Shown in pieces: positions 1-11,800 of a stretch of 64,000 nt of DNA. Location: the NCBI GenBank assembly GCA_964188305.1, contig OZ076886.1; one strand, given 5' to 3'. The position numbers and the translations under genes were made by a program. The notes under the pieces are model-generated. The model did no database searches and was not told where the DNA came from. It was given only the letters and a program-made list of their open reading frames with translations. The stretch's first letter is position 1. Each line of letters opens with the position of its first letter. Origin of the DNA: Podarcis bocagei (Eukaryota).

Positions 1-2587
1 TGTATGTCAGCTTCTCAGATCACGCCCATCACCTACAATGGTTTCTGCTTCCTCATCAATGCACAATCACTCACAAGCATTGCAATGTGCTCAAGTTACC
101 TCCGCTGGTCAGGCTGCCAATGAGATGGTGGACGGCAGAATCCAATCTACAGAACGGAACTCCCATTCGTGATCCGGAGAACTGTGATCACCACAGATGC
201 CAGTTTTCAGGGTTTGGGAACTCATTATCAAGGTCACTTTGTACAGAAATGCTGGTCACCACAAAATCAGAAGCACTCCATAAATTGGTTGGAGCGAAGA
301 GCTTCCAGGCTGGCGATGTTTCATTTTGCACATCAACCATGTGCTGCTGCACACAGACAATTCCACCACAAAATCACACATTTGCAGGCAGGGTGGGACA
401 CGATTGATTTCTCTGCAAAAAGAATCATTGCTCCTCTTCAACTGGGGGGGGGGGACGACCCTTAGTCTTGCGGGAGACAGCACTTTACAGGCAGATTGGC
501 TGAGTCGCTCCCTTCTCGATCCGGGGGAGTGGATGCTCAACAGGCAAGTCTTCCACCTGATCCAGGAGTATCTAGGTCCATGTCAAGTGGATCTGTTTGC
601 AATAAAGTTTCATGTTATTTTTCCTGGTTCAAAGACAGTCAAGCGGAAGCATGGGATGCCTTGATGGTACCTTGACCAAAATGTCTCCTATATACCTTTT
701 CCCCACAGTCAATTCTGCAACGTGTTCTCCAAAAGATCAGAATAGAAAGATCATCCTGGTGGCCCCTTTCTGGCCCTGCAGGCCTTGGAAGTTGGAGCTC
801 CAAGAGCTAGCCATCTCACGTCCTTGCCATCTTCTGGTGTTGTCCTACCTACTGCAGCAAGGACCCTTGTTCCATCCAAATCCACAGTGGCTATGTTTGA
901 CTGCATGACATTTGAATGCAGCCGTCTGAAACATCAAGGGTTGGATACAGCTGTCATCTTCACCATTTTGGCCTCATGCAGACCTTCCACTGTGTGGATA
1001 TATCAGGCAACCTGGACCAATTTATCAACTTGGTGTTTCTACAGTGAAGCTGTGTCCACATAAGAGTTCCAGTTCTGGACAACTGAAGCTCTATGTCAAC
1101 TATGTTACACTTTCAATGCATGGGCTACAGAATGGTTTGAAACCAAATGCTCTAAAAAGGCAAGTTTCAGTTTTGTGCACTACAGGTAGTGCCCCCATTT
1201 CACAAATTTGCAAAACTCATTCGTTAACACTGCAGAAACCACCGTTTGAAACTTTGTGCAAGATATCTGTAAAGCATCTATCCTTTAAGGTTCTCTTCCC
1301 CATGGCCATTATGTCTGCATGTCGAGTGTCTGAGTTGTCTGTATTATTGGTAGCTAAATATCTGTGCATCTTTCACAAAGACAAAGGGGTTCTAACAGAT
1401 CCTTCCTTTTTACGGAAGGTCCTTTCCCACTTTCATGTCCAGCAAGAGTTGGTTGGTGCTACCTATCTTTTGTCCAGATCCAAAACATCTGAGAGAGAAA
1501 ACGTGGCACAGCTTTGATGTTTGCCCTACACTGGAGGTGTCTATTGAAAGGACATTAGAATCACTGACTCCTTGTTCATATCCTTTCAACTATGGGCATA
1601 AAGGTTGCTCCTTCCACCTTTGAAAGGTGGAGCAGGGCTTGCACACCTCTAGCGTGCGAGTCACTCAAGTTGCCTCAGCCATTGCACATATTGGCTCATT
1701 CCACTAGATCATGGGTAGGCAAACTAAGGCCCAGGGGCTGGATGCGGCCCAATCGCCTTCTAAATCTGGCCCGCAGACAGTCTGGGAATAAGTGTGTTTT
1801 ACATGAGTAGATGTGTCCTTTTATCTAAGACGCATCTCTGGGTTATTTGTGGGGCCTGCCTGGTGTTTGTTCTTCCCCCCCAAAAAAATATAGTTCGGCA
1901 CCCCACAAGGTCTGAGGGACAGTGGACAGACCCCCTGCTGAAAAAGTTTGCTGACCCCTGCACTAGATCAGCAGCAACTTCAGCTGTGTTTATAGTTAAT
2001 GCTCCTTTATTAAAGATCTGTAAAGCAGCTACTTGGTCCTCACCAAGTATATTCACCAGGCATTACAAAATGGACCTGTCTGCTTTGGCTGATGCTATCT
2101 GGGCACGCAGTCCTTCAACAGGTGCTTTAGTCACTGTAACTGCAGTTGGGACCCGCCCTAATTAGGAAAGCTGTGATACGTTCATCCCATTCATGGCATC
2201 AGCAACTGAATCAAACAGAACAATTGGTCTTATCTGAAGAGTAGATTTGATAGGCTACTGATGACATGAATGGGACCTCTCCCTGGAATAGACTGCGGTG
2301 ATATTGATAATTTGGTTAGTTGCTGCTTTGTTTTCAACATATGTTTATTTAAAGTTTACATATCGAGCCAGGAGAGAGGCAGACATATGTAGAGAATTTT
2401 CATTCCTACTGTCAGTTCAATGCCTGTTGAGAGTTCGGCGAATCCTATAAAACTGAGGAATGACCGCACCTGCTTCCCAGGGCTCTTTGCCCTCCTGCCT
2501 CCTTCACACGATAAGATAATACCCAACTCATTCAAGTCATTAGCAACCTATCAAGTCTGCTCTTCAGCTAAGACCAACTGTTCTTTT
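1..2587 (+). mobile_element. Decayed DIRS1-like tyrosine-recombinase retrotransposon (3' part)
   Basis: Frameshifted RNase H (ITTDAS, HSINWLE, HTDNSTT..RQGGT), MT-like segment (VDLFA, ILVAPFWP), YR (RVSEL, HSTRS, ICKAATWSSPSIFTRHY); internal complementary region 2186-2274 is the reverse complement of the terminus 2527-2587. Confidence 0.88.
1710..1960. mobile_element. Non-autonomous hAT (Charlie-like) element inserted in DIRS YR
   Basis: TIRs CATGGGTAGGCAAACT / AGTTTGCTGACCCCTG; perfect 8-bp TSD CACTAGAT (1702-1709, 1961-1968). Confidence 0.9.
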
Positions 2588-3656
2588 TGCAAAAACCAAA
2601 GGATCTGACTATTGTAAAAACAGATGCACTGTTTTGTATTAATAGTATTACTTTGCTGGAGGAAAAGGCCAATGCACGTTTGATATAACTAAACTTGTCA
2701 TGCACTTGCAATTAAAAATGATCAAGAAGAGGGTCAGCATAATTTTCCTCAGTAATTCAGCAGGTTTACTGTAAATGCACTTATGCTGTATGTGGAATTG
2801 TTCAGTAAGTCTTGCTAAATGGTATTTAGAGAAATTGTGCAAATATGGGCATGGATCACAGAATCAGTTTTATCTGAAATAATAGTTGGCAATGTCTCCA
2901 TACAAATTGTTCTTCTCATCTGTTACAAAACGTATTTGTACGTTACCAAAACACATACTGCGATTGCAGCCTAACTTCTAATATGTGCTTTAATGTCTCT
3001 GACACCCTCTACACCAAAGTGCTCTGAAGTATAATGCAGAATAGCCAAGGGCAGTACCACCAAGTACATTCTCAAGTAAAAATAGCATTGCAGCATTACC
3101 AGTTTTCCTGAACTTTTCTCTGCTGGCAATTCATTTTCAGACATGTTTAAACTACAAGCAAGCACTCTGTTTCTGTTCTCAGTAATCTTTGGGAATCAAA
3201 ATGAACTTTGAAAAAATAAGGACTAACAAATTTATTATAGCAGAGCCCTTCTCAGACTACACTCCACTTCATAATATATTTGTTAAGTCTTTAAAAGAGT
3301 CAAAGGACTCTGTTTTTGCCACAACACACCAAATGGTTATCCAATGCAGGTTGAAAGTGAAGACAAAAGCTTTTGTCCATTATGCTTACCTTATACCATT
3401 TTTTCCTCATGAAATTATCTGCACAGCAAGGCAAGTGAAGAAGAAAAAAAGATCCATATATAGCCATGTATACTTCTGCTAAGTTTCACCATGGTACCTT
3501 ATGATATGGAAGAAAGTCCATACTCACATTAAGCTGGCTGTTTAAGAAAAATCAAAGCACAATGGAGTTTCATCTAATAAAGCAAACCCACCACCTTTGT
3601 TTCTCTGACTTTCCATGTCAGACAACAGGTCCGAAGACTTGCACACCAGAGTCACT

Positions 3657-3806
3657 TCATGCTTCAGATTCTCGTTTCTTCTTTCCATCTTCTCCCAAAT
3701 CACTGTCTTCTGACTGACTACTGCTAAGGACTACAAATTGTCCCTCCCCAGTGCTCTGGTTGGATCTACTAGAAGCAGCTATTAGCCGGCTTTGCTCTTC
3801 CAAATC
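3657..3806 (-). CDS. APPL1: APPL1 exon 22 coding part (stop TGA at 3659-3657)
   Basis: DLEEQSRLIAASSRSNQSTGEGQFVVLSSSQSEDSDLGEDGKKKRESEA*. Confidence 0.95.
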   Translation of the reverse strand, partial: DLEEQSRLIAASSRSNQSTGEGQFVVLSSSQSEDSDLGEDGKKKRESEA

Positions 3807-6800
3807 CTGAAAGAAAGCATTCAGTTTTAAATGGGACTTTCCACTGCAATTGCATTTATACAGATTTATGCTGTTGAAACACTTAGAATACCAGTGTAGA
3901 TTTTGATCACATCCCCCAAAAGGTATTACAGAGCTGGAAAAGGTGCAGAAAGGGTAGCCTACAAAGGAAGTTTACAACAATGTAAGATTTTTGTTTTAGA
4001 AAAAAGGTGAACAAGAGAAGTAAGGGAAGATACAATACGGTTTTATAAAATTATGCATGGCATGGTGAAAGTGATTATATTAGAATCAGGAATTGTTATC
4101 CAATGAAGCTGAATAGTGAAAGATTCAGGAAGCATTTATACAATGCACAGCTAAAACTATGGAATTTGCTACCACATGATATGCAGTAGCCACCAACTTG
4201 GATTACTTTAAAAGGAGATTGGTCAAATTTATGGAATATAAGGCTATCAATGGCTGCTAGTCATGATGGCTGCATACTACCTCCAGGATCAGTGACACCA
4301 TGGCCCAAATTCAAGGGATCTTAAGCGTTAGCAGAAGCCACTGCCAGGGCTCCCTCGAGAGCTTTCCCTGCCTCCTTTCACTGTGCCTCCCTCAAATCCA
4401 CTCCGGAGAGCCAGGAGAACTCCTAGGAAACTTTATAGGGGGAGGAGAGTGCGGAATGTTCTGTCTGGCAAGCCAAAATCAGAAGGGTGCGACAAATTTC
4501 TCACCATGTCTCTGAATACCAGCTGCAGGGAAACAATGAAGAGGGCTATTGCCATCATGTCTAGTTTGTGGGCTTCCCAGAGGTATCTGGCCAGACACTG
4601 TGGGATAGGATAGGCCTTTGGTCTAGGGCTATTCTTAATGTTCTTATATATAATAGGCATACGAATAGTGCAATGATTTTCAACCATAAAAGACTAGTAG
4701 GAATTTTACTATGGCCACCAAACCACAAGTTATAAAACTGGGCAATTCTTGGAAGACTCCAGGGCATGAAGACAACCAGCCTCCCCCACTGCTTGCCTTT
4801 TCTCCAGTAACTAGTTTTCAATGCTTCTCAATGCAGATGTTCTACAGGTCTCAATTAATTCACCCAGTTCCCTTCTAAAGCCATCCAAGTCTACAGTTAT
4901 CAGCATATTTTCTGACAGTGAACACTAAACCTTCGTTATGTGTTATGCGAAGTAGTGCTTTCCCTTGTCTATCCTAATGTACTGCCATTAACTTCATTAG
5001 GTGAATACAAGCTCCAGTGTGAACAGAGAGAAAAATCTATCCACTTTCTCAGCACTTTCATCTCCTCTGAAGGCCCAAGCTCATGCAAATTCTAAAGCTA
5101 AATTTGCATTGTAGTTTAGTCATTAGAACAAATCTGTTTTCTTGCATACAAGTTTTTTTCCAGGTAAAATTTTGGCAAACAACATACCTTTTCTATTTGT
5201 TTCTGTTTACTGAGTTCTTTTTGTTGTTTCTCTTTCACTCTATCCATTTCTTTCTGCTTTTCTGATGTTCTGCGATCCTGGAAAATTAAAAAAGGCACAG
5301 CACATTAATAATTGTTAAAGTAATATACTACATTAAAAATACTTGATGAAAAATTGCATTAGTATGTTATATAATATGTTCCATGGAAAGTTTCAATTCA
5401 GAGAACTGATGTACGTAGCAAATATTTTTAATAAATATCTGCTGCTGCCCTTCAAAATAGAGGAACTGCCTGCATGATTCTTCTGCACCATCAGATTACA
5501 GCAGAAATGTAATAAACTACCAGACCAGATAATTTCTATACCGGACACTGTTGGCAACACTACCAAATACTAGTGTGAAAAGGAATTTCCTGCCTACTTT
5601 GCAATGCTGCAAGTTTTTTGTTGCTTTTTAAACGAAAACTCAGCATGATTTCACAGTGACCACATGCCATGAGTTAATAATACTTTAGTGGCAGATAGTC
5701 ATGAAGCATGCTCTCAAAAGATATGGCTGGGCAGTGGGTAGGGATTTGTAAAGCCAAAAAACCTGGAAAAGTGGTTTCAGGCAGCATGTCTAGTCCTTAA
5801 TTTGAGACAATGGCCTTTAAAGGCTTAAGGAACTCTGTTCCCTTAAATCAGAGATGTCCAACAGGTCAATCGCGATCTACTGTTAGATCCCTGGGAGGTT
5901 TTGGTAGATCACAGTTGATGGCTGGGTCCCTTTCCTTAGCATTGGTAAAAAAGAATTTGGCTCCGCCCCCTCACCCCGCCCTCCATTGTTGCACGATCTG
6001 CAGAACGAAGACGGAGTTTACTCAGTGAGGCTGTTTGTTTTCCCAGATCTGCTGGTGAGTAGCTGTTCCTCTTTTTCTCCCAAAACCCATAAAAACAAGG
6101 CTTTCTTCCTCCCTAAATAAAGCTCAACAACCTTGCCCTGTACCCCTAAAAATCGTGGCTTTCCCCCTCCCTAAAAAAAAAGTCAGCAACTTTGACCTGA
6201 AACCCCCCAAAATGGGGGTAGATCAGTGCCAGTTTTTAATTCTGTAAGTAGATTGCAGTCTCTTGGGAGCTGGCCACCCCTGCTGTAAATACATTCCTGT
6301 TCTCTAGCTCAGGGTGGTTAAATGCGGAGTCACAAAGGACACTTCTAATTTTGCTTTGAAGTTAATACGGTTTTTCTTCTCCAACTCCTGATAGCTAGCA
6401 ACTCATGCCAAATGCAATGCAGATCTGGATTGCTTTACTAAAGTGTTTGCTTACAGGTATCTCTGTAAAAGTCAGTGATATGGATGTTCCCAAAAAGTTA
6501 AAATTGGAATTAAAAAAGAAATCATAGAATAATTTGCAGCTTGCATCAGAAAAGTTTCTGATGGCCTAAGGAGTCATCTACTTCAGCATCTTTATTTTAC
6601 TTGTATTTAGTAAACAAAACTAAAAAACTTTCAAACTGCCAAGCTTGCTTAATATATTTCCAATTGGCATCCATTCACTGTTAATAAAGAACTTACGAAA
6701 CAGAAATGTTTCTGCAGAAAAAAAAACACTGGAAGAAATGCAGGCCCATAGCACTGGTCATAGTACACTTAAGAAGAAACTGGTTAACAGAACATGCTAC

Positions 6801-8788
6801 AAAAGATTAATAGGCAAAATATATTGTGTTATTGAAGATGCCTAAACTGATGGCCTTCAGGTTCCTTTCAGCTCATTAATTCTGTGGTGCCAACAGAATG
6901 CATACATATTTTACATCAAATGAAAGTCTTACCAATTCAGCATGAAAGGCAATCTGTTTTGCAAGTCCCACAGAGTCACAAATCTAAATGGGAGGGGGAA
7001 AAGTCAGTAAACATGATCAACTGTGACCATCTTTAAATATATAATTAAATCACATTGCTGCAAGTGTGGAATAGTTCAGCATATTGGAGAACTTTAGCTG
7101 GAGCATGATAAATACCTTTTCCCCTTCATTATTTGATTCGAATATATAGCAGACTGACGTTGGTCTACTGTCTGCTCTCCCTGCTGAAGTCCGAAGCACA
7201 AATCCAAAAAGGCGTTTGTTTTCCTGGTGTGTGGCATACAGAACTACATTTGGCAATGGAAACTGTCAAGAAAAAAAATGACAGAACTTTAAAGCTCATT
7301 GAATACCAGATAAACATGTTTAATGTTAGTTGCTGGGCCAGATGGGAGTTGTAGTTCAACAACATCTGGAGGCTGCTGTTATAACTTATAAGTGTTACAA
7401 GTTACAAATGCTGGTGTAAATGTGACACTACTGAATGGATGTTATATGATAAATATGTGGAACCTGAACCTGTTAAGTTGTGGTAAAAGTACACATAGTA
7501 AGTGGAAGGTAAGCTTGGGTGCAACTTATAATTGACAGAAAACAGAGAGTGTATTGATGTGTCATGAAGCATGTTTCTATAACTGCTTTGATTTTAGCAA
7601 CTCACCCTGAGTCTTGTAACTTGCGTCTGAGGGTCAATTAACCTAGAAGTGTTAATTTAAGAAACTATAAGTTATGATACAAAGAAAAAGAGAGCTGTAA
7701 TTAAACACTGACAAATGTGCTGGTTTGGAATGAGAATACTTACTTTAAACAATCACATGTGACCAACAAATGTGATTCTGTCATTCTGAAAATGTTGTGT
7801 ATAGCTCGAGCTGCTAGTATTTGGCGCATTGTTTCATAAACAACATCAGGACTTTCATCCGACTTCACCTCCATGGATCCAAGGAATCTTACAATAAATA
7901 ACTGATGTAGGATAGAATCTGGAACAAGCACATATTAAACAAAATGATATGAACAACGTCTGGGCTTTCTAGAAAACCGGTGGCCTTGGCCTAACAGAAT
8001 AACAATACACACTGCCCCAATTTTCATACATTTAATTCAGTTTCAATTACTTTAAAAGGATATAGCAAATTTAAGCATTCCCCAATCTAAGGACAAGAAA
8101 AGGCGCTGTCAAATGAAAGTTGTGCTTCCTTGCCTTTGGAGATGTGGACAGGAGTGTGCAAATCTGAACTTTATATAACTCTGTAGATCATGGCATAAGT
8201 ACAAGATTGACATAGGTTAAACACGACATGAGATTCTCCATCTTGAACCTTGCTTGACCTTGGTACAAGCCTGATGCTGGCCTCATCTCAGGAAATACTT
8301 CATGCCTTGCAAATCAAGCTGCTAGCAAAGTCTATCCAAACTCCTGAATGAAGGCCTTCAAGCTAATGGTACAGGAGGCAGACAAAGAGATGGTTCAGTT
8401 AATCGCTCACCATCAAAAGTCTTTCACCCTTTTGTCAAGCAAACAGGATGGCCAGTTTTCAGTTATTTTCTCCTTAGGATGAACAAGGTGTGAAATGGAC
8501 AGGAACACTGGGAGAAAGACAGGAATTTCTAGTCTCAAACCCTACCCCACTTCCCTAATAGGAGGCATTAGCTATGAAAATTATTAAAACTCCAACTAGG
8601 AACTGTTTAATTCTGTTCAGGCTCAACTGCAAAGGTGTTTGCCAACACTTTTTATCAACACATTTAGAAGGAGGAGGAGGGGGCTACAGAGATTATAATT
8701 AAATACATCTTCAATTTAAGTACAGTTTTGCTCTACCTTCTGTTTCTGATTTGGTTCCTCCAGATTCTCCAAATGGATTTGTTCGTCT

Positions 8789-8832
<44 letters not shown>

Positions 8833-11800
8833 TGATGTGATTCTTGCACACTGAAACCCAATAATCTAATTCTGTATTATAACAAAACAACGATCAAGAT
8901 TTTAAGATCATGTGATGATATATGCAGCAATGGGTTTCACAATACAAAATTATTGAAGATCTATTCTACTGAAGAACTGCTGCACTTCAGTAAAAATCAA
9001 GTGAAAAGATCAGTAGCTTGGAGTACCATCCCAATGTTTTAGCTAGAAGATCAAAAGCAACCCATGAGAAACTTTTATGTACCTCAATTCTAGTCTGACA
9101 AGTTAGCTAATTTTCGTTCACTTGAAAAATACAATGCAAGACTGCAAGTTGCAAACAGAGCAAAAGGCCATCTTCTCCTGTCAAGAATGCATACCATCCC
9201 ATTTATTTGTTATACTATTTAGTTATAAACAACTACCATTTAAAATACAGCTTTCTGAAAGCATTAATTGGATTTAGTCTTAAAAGAAACATGTGCTACA
9301 CATGACTATCAGCAGAAGTATCATTAAATGTGAAAATTCTCTAGGCTTCTAGTGTGTATCACAGGCAAATGAAAAACTTTAACAAAACTTAAAAATTGGG
9401 TCTTATTTTGTTAATAATACTTTTGAATATAGTGGGTGGTATTCAACTAAGTTTTACTCAGATTAGAGTTACTGAAATTAATAGGCCCAACTTAGTCATA
9501 TTCATTAATTTCAGTGGGTCTACTCTAAGCAAAACTTAGCTGAATACCACCCAATTGTTGTATAACACATTCAGAGCTTATGTTTTCACAATAGTAGGGG
9601 AAAAGAGCAACTTTCGCTACGTTAATTTTAAACAGAAGCCCCTTAAACAAATAAGCAGCAAATGATTGGTTATCTCAGTTAAATTGTGATGCCAATTTAT
9701 TTATAGCAGTTTCTCAGGAAACTTTAAAAACTGCTGTCTTTTCATGGATAGGAACTACTAGACTTAATTTTCTGACTGGAGTTTCCAAGTGCCATTCAGA
9801 ATTACAACCAGAATGCATCTGCTCAACACAACTAAATGTATCGGAATACTGGCCTTCAGCTTTGGGGTCAGAACTAATTGAAGTCTGAGACATTTTCAGC
9901 ATAGTTTAAGAAATTCACTCAGTTTAGCAATGATCACTCAGTTCTGGACTTTTCACCGAAATAGCTTGTGTCTCCATCAGAGCAAAGCTCAAGAAACTGA
10001 GCTTCATTACTGTCATTGCACCTTGGTAGTGGTGTTCAAATGAGTTCTTGGCAACTTTGTATCACAGACATTTTATTTCAAATATTAAATATGAACTCAC
10101 ATTTCTTCTGCCAACAGTTCTCTTTGAGTCAGTTCTCTACAGTGGTGCCCGCAAGACGAATGCCTCGCAAGACGGAAAAGTCACTAGACAAAAGAGTTTT
10201 CCGTTTTGGAGGTGCTTCGCAAAACGAGTTTCCTATGGGCTTGCTTCGCAAGCCGACAATGTCTTGCGAGTTCCTGCTGGTCTTTTCCCTCCCCCCCTTT
10301 TTCTAAACCGCTAAGCCGCTTATCAGCTGATCCGATCAGCAGATAAGCCGCTAAAAGCCGCTAATAGCGCTAATCCTTCAATGGGCTTGCTTCGCAAGAC
10401 GAAAAAACCGCTAGACGAAGAGAATCACAGAACAGATTCTTTTCGTCTTGCGAGGCACCACTGTACCTGTTTTGAACTTTTCTTAGTGGTAACTGAAATT
10501 CACTCATTCCTTTAGCTCACAAAAATCAATCCAAGACATAACTGTCTCAGTCAACACTTGGCTGTCCCATTATCTATCACGAGGGTGCCTAAGGCACCAC
10601 ATAAAGTAGAAAGCAGTAGTTCTCCTCATGCTAATTTCTGTCCAGAGCAGAAGTCTTAGCATATTTGCAGAGCCATAAGACAAAGACATGCAGTATTTTG
10701 AGTCAGATACTGCCTGCTCCTGTTTTAGCTTTAAAGCTTCTCTATCACTTTCCTCATTCTCCATTAAGACTAGTCTTCATGTTACAAAACTGCATTTATT
10801 GGAGCCTTGTAGATTTACTGTAGGTACTGACTGCTGCTTCATTTTTCATATATGTAAAAGCATAATTTACTTATCTGATAAAAAGCAAATGCTTAAAATA
10901 GTCAAATTTAAAATAAAATTATTGGGAATAGGTAGGAAATATATATCTTTAAAAACTGTCAAAATTTATCTTCCTAGGAGATGTGACCCTAGAAGCCTAG
11001 ATCATTTTCACTAACCTTTTTAAGCTTAGGATCACAGTCATCAGTCTGATATCACTACCTAGAGGCAGGGCTACCACATTTCTTTTGAGTTTCCAAGAGG
11101 AAATGCCCAAAGTGCTGGGGCAAGCAAGCAGTAGGAAAGGAAAATATGATTTTTGGGGGTTTTTTTTTTTTTTTTTAAAAAAACCATACAGGGTAAAGTT
11201 TGCTCAGAAGGATGAAAGAAGTCTGCTGCAAGAATTAAGACATTGCACACAGAGGTTCAAGCACACGCTTTTCCATTTGTGCATTATTTTGATTTTGCAG
11301 CTCTTCTCTGACAGGAGGGGCCATTGCAGATCTGGCAAACCTAGCCCTTAAAGGACTGAGCCAGAGGCTGTGGAACCAGACACTTTCAGAAGCCAGCCCC
11401 CTGCCTTTACATGCATGCATTCCTCACAGAGTTTTAAACAGGTAATGGCCATGTCAGCATACACCTTAATAGTGGCTACATGCTATTCTGGTTTCACTCT
11501 TAACCAAAGATTTGATATTTGCTTCAAGCCTTTAAACTTAAAACTTAATTAAAAGCAAGCCCTATTTAGGACTAAACATAGTTAAAGCTGATGAAAGTAG
11601 CTGATGGTACACTGAAAGCATACAGCCATGATGGGAGACAGCAAGCTATCCCACAGCATGCTCCTCATCCCATTAAAGTAGCACTGGACATGTCTCCCTT
11701 ATTGTCTGCAAATTGGTTTCCCCATTTTAAATTGCTGTAATATGTATTTTATCTTCTGTAAATCATTTTGAATGGCACATAAATTATCAAATACTGTAAA

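Noticed and set aside
2230-2275. CTGAAGA/CTGATGA motifs as a hammerhead in the DIRS ICR
   Set aside because: No stem II-GAAA-UH arrangement follows
1-3600. ASB14 exons expected by synteny near the APPL1 3' end
   Set aside because: No ankyrin or SOCS-box coding sequence recognised; the interval is DIRS plus APPL1 3'UTR
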